A stretch of 16,364 nucleotides of DNA from Candidatus Woesearchaeota archaeon. GTDB lineage: Archaea > Nanobdellota > Nanobdellia > SCGC-AAA011-G17 > GW2011-AR20. The notes under the pieces are model-generated. The model did not search any database. It worked only from the letters and a program-made list of their open reading frames with translations, and was not told where the DNA came from. Position 1 is the stretch's first letter; every line of letters begins with the position of its first letter. The translations under genes and the position numbers were made by a program. This document shows, piece after piece, positions 8,264 to 14,675 of this stretch. Location of the stretch: positions 1 through 16,364 of the forward strand of contig JAGVZB010000012.1 of assembly GCA_018302915.1 (NCBI GenBank), read 5' to 3'.

Positions 8264-8310
8264 AGTTACACCTACAAAATATAATAATTGTTAAATTTGT
8301 AGGTGTAACT
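8264..8310. repeat. Perfect 15-bp inverted repeat (hairpin) AGTTACACCTACAAA / TTTGTAGGTGTAACT with a 17-nt loop
   Basis: Arms at 8264..8278 and 8296..8310 are exact reverse complements. The loop is 8279..8295. It lies between the tRNA-Pro terminator and the mpg TATA box. The arm sequence occurs nowhere else in the window. Confidence 0.8.
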
Positions 8311-8326
8311 TTTTAAGATATTATAC

Positions 8327-8345
8327 AAAATAAAAAAAGGAAAAA
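8327..8345 (-). terminator. Oligo-T terminator downstream of tRNA-Pro
   Basis: The reverse strand reads TTTTTCCTTTTTTTATTTT, beginning 16 nt after the tRNA 3' end. Archaeal RNA polymerase terminates at oligo-T tracts. Confidence 0.5.
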
Positions 8346-8360
8346 TTTTATCTTTTCATA

Positions 8361-8434
8361 TGGGGTTACCGGGATTTGAACCCGGATCTGACGCTCCCTA
8401 AGCGCCAATCGTAGCCAGGTTAGACCATAACCCC
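8361..8434 (-). tRNA. tRNA-Pro, anticodon read by hand as AGG
   Basis: 74-nt cloverleaf on the reverse strand: GGGGTTA TG GTCT AACCTGGCTA CGAT T GGCGC TTAGGGA GCGTC AGAT CCGGG TTCAAAT CCCGG TAACCCC A. It has a 7-bp acceptor stem, a 5-bp T stem with a TTCAAAT loop, a 5-bp anticodon stem with one G-U pair, U33, G37 and A73. No CCA is encoded. The anticodon lies at 8397..8399. Confidence 0.85.
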
Positions 8435-8451
8435 ATTAAAAGAAGAAATAA

Positions 8452-9480
8452 TTACTTGTTCATATAAACTTTTCTCACAGGCCAGGAAATTTCTATCTTA
8501 TTCTTGCCATAGGCTTTCTTTAATTCTTTTATGAGCTCGTGAGTTATTAAGTATTTGTCAACAACTTTTTCAGCTCTTAATATTATTGAGAAATTGATGT
8601 TGGAATCCCCGAAGGTGTGGTATCTTATGAAAGGCTCAAATGTCTTGATGGCACCCTTTGTTGTCTTTTGTATTCTTCTGGCAACATCAGTGGTGACTTT
8701 CTCGACTTTTTCTAGGTCATCATTGTAAGAAACACCGCATTGAACAACAATGCTCATTTCCTGCTGTGGCATTGAATTATTTATTATTATGCTTTCAGAT
8801 AGCTTTGAGTTTGGGATTATTACGATATTGTTTGACAATGTTTTTATTCTTGTTGAGCGCCACCCGATGTCATCAACGTAGCCTGATATTTGGGTTCCTT
8901 CAAGCTCTATGAAGTCACCCACATTTATCGGCCTGTCGGATATTATGTGGATTCCTGCAAAGAAGTTGGACAGTGTATTCTGCAGTGCCAGACCGACAGC
9001 TAGTGCACCGACGCCCAATGTTGCGATTATAGGGGTTAGCTTGATGTTGAAATGCTCAAGGATGATGAGAAGTGAGATTATGTAGATAAGAATGTTGATT
9101 ATCCTGTTTATTAGCCTTGGAGTCCTTTCAAATTTTTTCTTTACTTTAAGCCATCTTATTACTAATATATCAATGATTTTTACCAGTATCAGCGTTAATA
9201 TAATGACAATTCCAATGAAGAAAATGCCGTTGATCCATTTTTCATAAGGTGATAATATATTCAGCGAGTTTATTGCGATGTAAAACCCTATGAATATTAT
9301 GAAGAAATATGCAGGCCCTTTTAATATTTCAACTAAGATGTTGTCTATGTTTGTTTTGGTTATGTTTGCAAACCTTTCAATGTATTTCTTTAGTATGTAT
9401 GTGAAAACTCTTGACAGGATTATAGAAATAATTAAAATTAATGCTGCTGAAAAATATTCATTGCTTAGGACATTCACCAT
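8452..9480 (-). CDS. Small-conductance mechanosensitive channel (MscS family)
   Basis: N-terminal TM helices are followed by the MscS core: LGVGALAVGLALQNTLSNFFAGIHIISDRPINVGDFIELEGTQISGYVDDIGWRSTRIKTLSNNIVIIPNSKL. Confidence 0.9.
   Translation of the reverse strand: MVNVLSNEYFSAALILIISIILSRVFTYILKKYIERFANITKTNIDNILVEILKGPAYFFIIFIGFYIAINSLNILSPYEKWINGIFFIGIVIILTLILVKIIDILVIRWLKVKKKFERTPRLINRIINILIYIISLLIILEHFNIKLTPIIATLGVGALAVGLALQNTLSNFFAGIHIISDRPINVGDFIELEGTQISGYVDDIGWRSTRIKTLSNNIVIIPNSKLSESIIINNSMPQQEMSIVVQCGVSYNDDLEKVEKVTTDVARRIQKTTKGAIKTFEPFIRYHTFGDSNINFSIILRAEKVVDKYLITHELIKELKKAYGKNKIEISWPVRKVYMNK
8462..8475 (-). promoter_or_regulatory. BRE/TATA module AGAAAAGTTTATAT for tRNA-Pro, embedded in the last codons of mscS
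   Basis: The reverse strand CCT GTG AGA AAA GTT TAT ATG AAC AAG TAA encodes the MscS C-terminus. TTTATAT lies at -34..-28 relative to the mature tRNA 5' end. The same 14-mer occurs at 13377..13390. Confidence 0.5.
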
Positions 9481-9528
9481 CTTTGTTTTTGTTAAAAAAA
9501 TTATAGTATAAAAATCTAACTATTCTTA

Positions 9529-10416
9529 TTAATGAGAAAAAAAACCAGGAGATTTAAAATTTATCCTTTTGTTACCAAAACAATCTTTCATTCTTATATT
9601 TCTTAATGACTTAATCTCATGGATTAAGTGAGACATTTTTAGGTTTTTGTCAGTATTTTTTATAACCTTATACTCTTTTTTAACTGTATTGGTGATTCTT
9701 TTATACAACCCATCCTCTATTCCTACTACTTTTGATTTGTTTTTTATAATTAATTTCATAAAATTATCCAAATCATTACTTTCGTTGCAGGTTAATGTAG
9801 TTCCTAATGCATTTAGGAAATGACCATCACTTCCTCCAGAAATGGCTTTGTTAGTTTTATTAGCCCATTCTACAGCAAGCAAATTTGATTTTCTTGAGTT
9901 ATAGCTGTTTATTATTTCAATTATATCTATTTTTTTTAATGTTTTTTTATCTATTTTTATGTTATTACTGAGACCGGTCCAGCCAGTAGCAAAAGGATGT
10001 GGAATGCATACTACACAATTAAAATCTTTAGCACTTGTTATTAATTCATCAAATCTCATGTTTATCCAAACAAAAAAATCTTTTATCTTATTCTTCTTTA
10101 TAACCTTGTTATAAAATAATGTTGCTTCTTCTATGTTATAAAAATAGAATATTGTATGAATTCCTTCAATGCTTGTAATTTCCATTCCCGGGATTATTAA
10201 CATGTTTTTATTGTTTTTTATAGCTTTTTCAGCACCCTTAATCTCATTGTGGTCTGTTATGGCTAAGCCAATACCAAGTTTTTTACAAATTTCTAAACTA
10301 TCTTTTATATTGTTAAAACTATCAATAGAATAATCTGTATGGAAGTGCATGTCAACCAAAGTAAAATCTTTCTTTAATTTGTTTATATCAGGTTTTTCAA
10401 ATATTATTCTTTCCAT
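9529..10416 (-). CDS. PHP-domain metal-dependent phosphoesterase (TrpH/YciV-like architecture)
   Basis: PHP motifs VDMHFHTDYSIDS, LAITDHNEIKG, PGMEITS..GIHTIFY, CIPHPFA and GGSDGH. The ATG (10414..10416) is 1 nt from the stop of the upstream phosphatidyltransferase gene. Confidence 0.8.
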   Translation of the reverse strand: MERIIFEKPDINKLKKDFTLVDMHFHTDYSIDSFNNIKDSLEICKKLGIGLAITDHNEIKGAEKAIKNNKNMLIIPGMEITSIEGIHTIFYFYNIEEATLFYNKVIKKNKIKDFFVWINMRFDELITSAKDFNCVVCIPHPFATGWTGLSNNIKIDKKTLKKIDIIEIINSYNSRKSNLLAVEWANKTNKAISGGSDGHFLNALGTTLTCNESNDLDNFMKLIIKNKSKVVGIEDGLYKRITNTVKKEYKVIKNTDKNLKMSHLIHEIKSLRNIRMKDCFGNKRINFKSPGFFSH

Positions 10417-10417
10417 T

Positions 10418-10945
10418 TTAAATCTTTTTTATAATTTTATGTGAATAAGATATTATTGTAGCTATATTCATAATTGTTGCAATGATTATAAAACTTAATG
10501 TTATTTTATTTAATGCCCCCCCTAATATTAACATTGAAATTATTGCCAAGGCCTGTGTAACTGTGGTTATTTTGCTTATCATAATGGTATGTGTTACATA
10601 TTTCTCTTTATTCTTATCAAATAAAGAAAAGATCAGCAGTATCAAATGGATAATGTCCCTTAACATAATAAGTATAGCCCATAAAATGGATAAATCATAA
10701 ATGAATATTAAAGCTAATACTCCGGATAATATTAAAAATCTATCAGCAATAGGATCTAGTACAGTCCCAAATGCTGTGGTTTCTTTTCTTTTTCTAGCAA
10801 TGTAACCATCAAAAAAATCAGTTATTAATGCTATAATAAATATTATTACAGCAATGTTGCTCCTTTTTAAAATAAGAAATATAAAAATAAGAGTTAATAA
10901 ATATCTTGATAGGGTTATGTAGTCAGCTATTTTTAGTTTTACCAT
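10418..10945 (-). CDS. CDP-alcohol phosphatidyltransferase (archaetidyl head-group transferase; AGP, AIP or AS synthase class not resolvable)
   Basis: Canonical motif D-x2-DG-x2-AR-x8-G-x3-D-x3-D in DFFDGYIARKRKETTAFGTVLDPIADR (about 10739..10819). A multi-TM protein of 175 aa. Confidence 0.9.
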   Translation of the reverse strand: MVKLKIADYITLSRYLLTLIFIFLILKRSNIAVIIFIIALITDFFDGYIARKRKETTAFGTVLDPIADRFLILSGVLALIFIYDLSILWAILIMLRDIIHLILLIFSLFDKNKEKYVTHTIMISKITTVTQALAIISMLILGGALNKITLSFIIIATIMNIATIISYSHKIIKKI

Positions 10946-11481
10946 TTGACTTCCCTCATTTTTAGATAATAACTTGTATGATTAACTAAAATGGTCAATA
11001 TAAAGCTTATTGGTAATATAATAATAATCATTTTAATATTAAGTTTATAAACAAATGATATAAAGAACAAACCACCCGCTATAAAATCAAGCTGATCTAA
11101 TAAAATTAAACTCTTGCCAGGTTTTATATCTAATCTTCTTTTTATAAAGCTTCCAGCCAAATCCCCGAATAAAGCGCCAAACCCCATTAAGAAACCCCAT
11201 AATATTAAGTTTATATTTATGTAATTAACCAAACTGATTGATTTTATAAATTTTATAGAATAAAGTTCTTTTTGAAATGATATAATAATTATAGAAAATA
11301 TAATACCAAGTATAATCCCCCTATAAGTTTTATTATTCCCAAATATTCTTTTATTATTAATTTTTTTACCTAAATCTATTGGAATTGCTAATTTATTAAA
11401 ATAATCTTTAACAAAAACAGGGGCCATATTTGCAAAATAAATAGGGAGCATAAACCAGATATAAGGTAAAATTGTTAGCAT
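10939..11481 (-). CDS. carS: CDP-archaeol synthase (CTP:2,3-di-O-geranylgeranyl-sn-glycero-1-phosphate cytidyltransferase, DUF46 family)
   Basis: CarS family blocks: PIDLGKKINNKRIFGNNKTYRG, FGDLAGSFIKRRLDIKPGKSLILLDQLDF and C-terminal ...REVKW. About 5 TM helices. The stop overlaps the downstream gene start by 7 nt. Confidence 0.85.
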   Translation of the reverse strand: MLTILPYIWFMLPIYFANMAPVFVKDYFNKLAIPIDLGKKINNKRIFGNNKTYRGIILGIIFSIIIISFQKELYSIKFIKSISLVNYININLILWGFLMGFGALFGDLAGSFIKRRLDIKPGKSLILLDQLDFIAGGLFFISFVYKLNIKMIIIILPISFILTILVNHTSYYLKMREVKW

Positions 11482-11503
11482 ATTTTAAATTAATACTTAC
11501 TGT

Positions 11504-11511
11504 TTTTATAA
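11504..11511 (-). promoter_or_regulatory. TATA box TTATAAAA for carS (leaderless geometry)
   Basis: The reverse strand reads ...AAAATTATAAAAACAGTAAGTATTAATTTAAAAT-ATG, placing the TATA at -30..-23. It starts only 14 nt after the tRNA-Arg 3' end. Confidence 0.4.
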
Positions 11512-11525
11512 TTTTCTTTTTTTAT

Positions 11526-11597
11526 TGGGCCTACTGGGAATTGAACCCAGAGCTTCCCGTCCGAAGCGGGATATTTTATCCGTTAAACTATAGGCCC
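11526..11597 (-). tRNA. tRNA-Arg (anticodon TCG)
   Basis: 72-nt cloverleaf on the reverse strand: GGGCCTA TA GTTT AACGGATA AAAT A TCCCG CTTCGGA CGGGA AGCT CTGGG TTCAATT CCCAG TAGGCCC A. No CCA is encoded. Confidence 0.85.
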
Positions 11598-11620
11598 TTG
11601 TATATTACAATGGAAATTAA

Positions 11621-11629
11621 TTTATAAAA
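11621..11629 (-). promoter_or_regulatory. TATA box TTTTATAAA for tRNA-Arg
   Basis: On the reverse strand it lies at -32..-24 relative to the tRNA 5' end (11597). Confidence 0.45.
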
Positions 11630-11636
11630 GTAACAC

Positions 11637-11645
11637 TTATATATA
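11637..11645 (+). promoter_or_regulatory. TATA box TTATATATA for the EamA transporter gene (leaderless geometry)
   Basis: At -28..-20 relative to ATG 11665. It is arranged divergently with the tRNA-Arg promoter. Confidence 0.4.
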
Positions 11646-11664
11646 ATAATAGTGAGTTGATAAT

Positions 11665-12513
11665 ATGAAGAAGTTTACTTATATATTCCTTGCAGGGATT
11701 TTGTGGGGGCTTATTGGTGTCTCGGTGAAACTGATAAACAATGAGATAAATCCATTTTCATTGAACTTTTTCAGGTTTGTTACTGCATTTCTTGTTCTTT
11801 TGGTGTTATGCCCGCTTATTGACAGGAGTTGCTTGAAAATGAACAGGAAGGACGTGAGGTCTTATGTTATAATTGGTTTCTTGTTTGCATTAACTTCATC
11901 GTTGTTTGTTTATGCAATATCAAGGACAACGATTTCAGATACAGTTTTGCTCCAGTCAGTTCAGCCGTTTTTTCTTATGTTCATTGCATATTTCTGGCTT
12001 AGGGAAAAAATAACAGTAATAAAAGTGATAACATTGATAGCAGGGTTGGTTGGAATTTACATAATAAACCCATTGACAACAGGAGATTTAATTGGGAATA
12101 TATCAGCTTTGATATCTGGTTTATTATTTGCAGTACTTACGGCTTATATGAGATATGAAGACAAGAAAATGCATCATACTTCCACATTATGGTACATGTT
12201 CTTTGCAGCCTTGTTCATGATTCCTTTTCCGTTCATTTTTGGTGCTGGATTATTATTAAAAAATATATTTTACATATTGATGCTTGGTGGCCTTGGAACG
12301 GGAATTGCTTATTTGTTTTATAATCTTGCCCTTGAAAAGATGGAGGCTGAGATAGCAGCATTGTTTGCAATGATACTTCTTCCATTGTCTTCAATAATTC
12401 TTGGAGTTATATTCATAAGAGAGATACCTTCATTGGCAGTTATAGTTGGCGGATTGATATTGATAGGTTCCGGGGTTTATCTTGAGTTGCATAGCAAAAA
12501 AGTAAGAAGTTAA
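11665..12513 (+). CDS. EamA/DMT-superfamily transporter (10 TM helices, two EamA repeats)
   Basis: Hydrophobic 282-aa protein with the duplicated 5-TM pattern and typical N-terminus (ILWG.IGVSVK) of drug/metabolite transporter family members. Confidence 0.8.
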   Translation: MKKFTYIFLAGILWGLIGVSVKLINNEINPFSLNFFRFVTAFLVLLVLCPLIDRSCLKMNRKDVRSYVIIGFLFALTSSLFVYAISRTTISDTVLLQSVQPFFLMFIAYFWLREKITVIKVITLIAGLVGIYIINPLTTGDLIGNISALISGLLFAVLTAYMRYEDKKMHHTSTLWYMFFAALFMIPFPFIFGAGLLLKNIFYILMLGGLGTGIAYLFYNLALEKMEAEIAALFAMILLPLSSIILGVIFIREIPSLAVIVGGLILIGSGVYLELHSKKVRS

Positions 12514-12561
12514 TATTTTCATGCAACATTCATTTCATTAAGATATTTATCAATTATACCA

Positions 12562-13353
12562 TCAATTAATTTGTTTCTGTTCTGCACCATTTTTGATTAA
12601 TCTCATTAATTCATCAAATGTTTTTTTATAAATCTCTTTGTATTTTTTTATAAATCTCTTTTTATCTAAAACATTTTGTTTTATTTCCTTGACATCAGCA
12701 TTAAACTCTTTTTTTATTTCTTTGTCCACTACTTCTTTGCTGATTTTTTTTCCATTAATGTAAATGGAAATGCTGATTAAATTTCTTGTTAGGTAATATT
12801 TTTCATTTCCGCCTAAAATGTCAAAATTATTAATTAATGTCTTGCTTTTCAGAAGATGCAAGTCTAATATCTTGTAATTTATCTCATTTTTTAGATTATA
12901 GATGAATCTTTTTTTTGCAATGCATCTGCTTAGCATCATCTGGTAGATTGGATCTGTTGATAACCCCCTCATTAAAGATTTATTGTCAATGAAAATAATA
13001 TGTGCCTTGATTCCTATTTTGTTCTCTATTTTCTCCTTGATGGCTGGTTTATTTTCTCCTATCAGTAGGATGTCTATGTCGTTAAAATTAAATCCACTAT
13101 CTAAAAAAGAACCAGTAAATATTACATTTTCATAAGTATGTTGCTTATCAATAATTTTTATTATCTTTTTTAACATATCTAATTTTATAGGTTCAATATG
13201 CTCAACACCATAGAAATAAAATTTTTCTTCAGTTTTTTCTTCTTCTAGTTGTTTCACAACAACATAGCTTCCGATATCTAGCCCAAATCTATTTTTTGGT
13301 AGGTATACTTGATCCATTTTACTGCCCTTGCTAACTCTGCTTATTATTTCCAT
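12562..13353 (-). CDS. Fusion protein: N-terminal AbrB/SpoVT-like DNA-binding domain, Pol-beta-type (minimal) nucleotidyltransferase domain and helical C-terminal domain
   Basis: The N-terminus RVSKGSKMDQVYLPKNRFGLDIGSYVVVK fits the swapped-hairpin AbrB/MazE pattern. FTGSFLDSGFNFNDIDILLI is the GS...DxD nucleotidyltransferase motif. The lysine-rich helical C-terminus has no Rx4-6H HEPN motif. Confidence 0.6.
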   Translation of the reverse strand: MEIISRVSKGSKMDQVYLPKNRFGLDIGSYVVVKQLEEEKTEEKFYFYGVEHIEPIKLDMLKKIIKIIDKQHTYENVIFTGSFLDSGFNFNDIDILLIGENKPAIKEKIENKIGIKAHIIFIDNKSLMRGLSTDPIYQMMLSRCIAKKRFIYNLKNEINYKILDLHLLKSKTLINNFDILGGNEKYYLTRNLISISIYINGKKISKEVVDKEIKKEFNADVKEIKQNVLDKKRFIKKYKEIYKKTFDELMRLIKNGAEQKQIN

Positions 13354-13373
13354 ATTACGTAATATTACGTAAC
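13354..13373. promoter_or_regulatory. Tandem palindromic operator-like element ATTACGTAAT-ATTACGTAAC (two TTACGTAA palindromes with a 10-bp period)
   Basis: TTACGTAA occurs at 13355..13362 and 13365..13372. Both copies abut the start codon (13351..13353) of the AbrB-NTase gene and lie downstream of its TATA box. The 8-mer occurs nowhere else in the window. Confidence 0.6.
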
Positions 13374-13376
13374 AAT

Positions 13377-13390
13377 ATATAAACTTTTCT
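13377..13390 (-). promoter_or_regulatory. BRE/TATA module AGAAAAGTTTATAT for the AbrB-NTase gene (leaderless geometry)
   Basis: The reverse strand reads AGAAAAGTTTATATATTGTTACGTAATATTACGTAAT-ATG, placing TTTATATA at -30..-23. The 14-mer is identical to 8462..8475. Confidence 0.5.
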
Positions 13391-13415
13391 ATTTTTGGTG
13401 AATAAGGTTAAAGAA

Positions 13416-14522
13416 TTAAGCTCTGCAGATCTTGCATTTTTCCAGGACCCTTTTTTTGGCTATTCTTAATGCAGCATCTCTTGTGTCTATTTTTTCTTCC
13501 TTGCTTAATTCAAGAATATGTTTTACGTTTTTTGTAATCTTTTCCTCTACAAGCTTGAACATTTCTTTTTCATTTCCGCCTTTATATTCAACATAGCTGC
13601 TTATCACTCCGCCTGCATTTGCAATTATGTCTGGAATTACCAAAACACCTTTCTTGTATAAAATTCTTTCAGTTTCTTCGCTCATCGGGATGTTAGAGCC
13701 TTCAACAATCAGTTTGAATTTCATTTTATTAACATCATCAGATTTTATTAGGTCAGGAATGGCAGCGGTGATTAATATATCAGCATCAATATTGACAATT
13801 TCATGATTTTTTAATATTTTACCGCCTTTATAATTAATAACGCTTCCTGTTTCTTGTTTTACTTCTTCTAATTCATTGAAGTCAATTCCTTCTTTTCTAT
13901 AAACAGTTCCTTTGCTGTCAGAAACAGCTACAATTCTGGCGCCAGCTTCGCTTAAGAACTTGAATGCGAATATTCCTACATTCCCAAATCCCTCAATTGC
14001 AATTGTTGTTTTCTTTACATCTTTATTTAAAAATTTTAATGCAGTTAATGTAGAATGGTAAACTCCAAAGCCGGTGCTTCCCAGTTCATGAGGAATTCCT
14101 CCAAGATGTTTTGGCTTTCCTGTGCATGATTTTATGTCTCCGTTTGCCTTTGCAAATATTTCCATTTCTCCCTCAGCCATATACATGTCAGGTCCGGCTA
14201 CATACAGGCTTGGGACAACAATCTTTAGTGATTTGGAAAACCATTTGACAATTTCATCTTTTTTTTCTCTTGAAATTTTCTTGCTGTCAACTGTGATTCC
14301 CGATTTGGCTCCGCCAAAAGGCAGTTCAGCCAATGCATTCTTCCATGTCATTGCCCTGGCCAGTCTTGAAACTTCTTCTTCATTGACAGTCTCTGTCATC
14401 CTTATTCCTCCCTTGCCAGGACCAAGTGCAGAATTATCAATCACACATACTCCTTTAACGTCCAATTTAGGATTGTAAACCTTGATTATCTTTTCAGGAC
14501 CAAAACCATCAAATTCCACCAT
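13416..14522 (-). CDS. gdhA: Glutamate dehydrogenase (Glu/Leu/Phe/Val dehydrogenase family), short form
   Basis: GPGKGGIRM, RAMTWKNALAELPFGGAKSGI, GKPKHLGGIPHELGSTGFGV, Rossmann IAIEGFGNVG, AVSDSKG and NAGGVISSY are collinear with archaeal GDH. The protein lacks about 50 N-terminal residues of typical enzymes. SD GGGGTGA (reverse complement of 14529..14535) lies 6 nt upstream of the ATG. Confidence 0.8.
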   Translation of the reverse strand: MVEFDGFGPEKIIKVYNPKLDVKGVCVIDNSALGPGKGGIRMTETVNEEEVSRLARAMTWKNALAELPFGGAKSGITVDSKKISREKKDEIVKWFSKSLKIVVPSLYVAGPDMYMAEGEMEIFAKANGDIKSCTGKPKHLGGIPHELGSTGFGVYHSTLTALKFLNKDVKKTTIAIEGFGNVGIFAFKFLSEAGARIVAVSDSKGTVYRKEGIDFNELEEVKQETGSVINYKGGKILKNHEIVNIDADILITAAIPDLIKSDDVNKMKFKLIVEGSNIPMSEETERILYKKGVLVIPDIIANAGGVISSYVEYKGGNEKEMFKLVEEKITKNVKHILELSKEEKIDTRDAALRIAKKRVLEKCKICRA

Positions 14523-14618
14523 TTTGATTCACCCCTTTGTTTTAAAAAATGATTAATATATAAAATTATCCATGAATAGATTATTAAAAACTTTAAAGTG
14601 GTAACAAAACCAAAAGGT

Positions 14619-14626
14619 TTATATAT
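14619..14626 (+). promoter_or_regulatory. TATA box TTTATATA (CAAAAGGTTTATATATT) upstream of the AbrB-like/AAA+ cassette
   Basis: A strong match to the window's promoter consensus, 50-57 nt upstream of ATG 14676, which would give a short 5' UTR. A weaker TAATAAAATA at 14647..14656 would instead give a leaderless start. Confidence 0.4.
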
Positions 14627-14675
14627 TAATTATATTTACTTAAAAGTAATAAAATATGTATAAAAATAACATAAA

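Noticed and set aside
9290-10700. Plus-strand ORFs 9290..9511 and 10482..10700
   Set aside because: They are antisense to the mscS and CDP-alcohol phosphatidyltransferase genes, with no independent support.
14122-14478. 118-aa plus-strand ORF
   Set aside because: It is antisense to the glutamate dehydrogenase gene.
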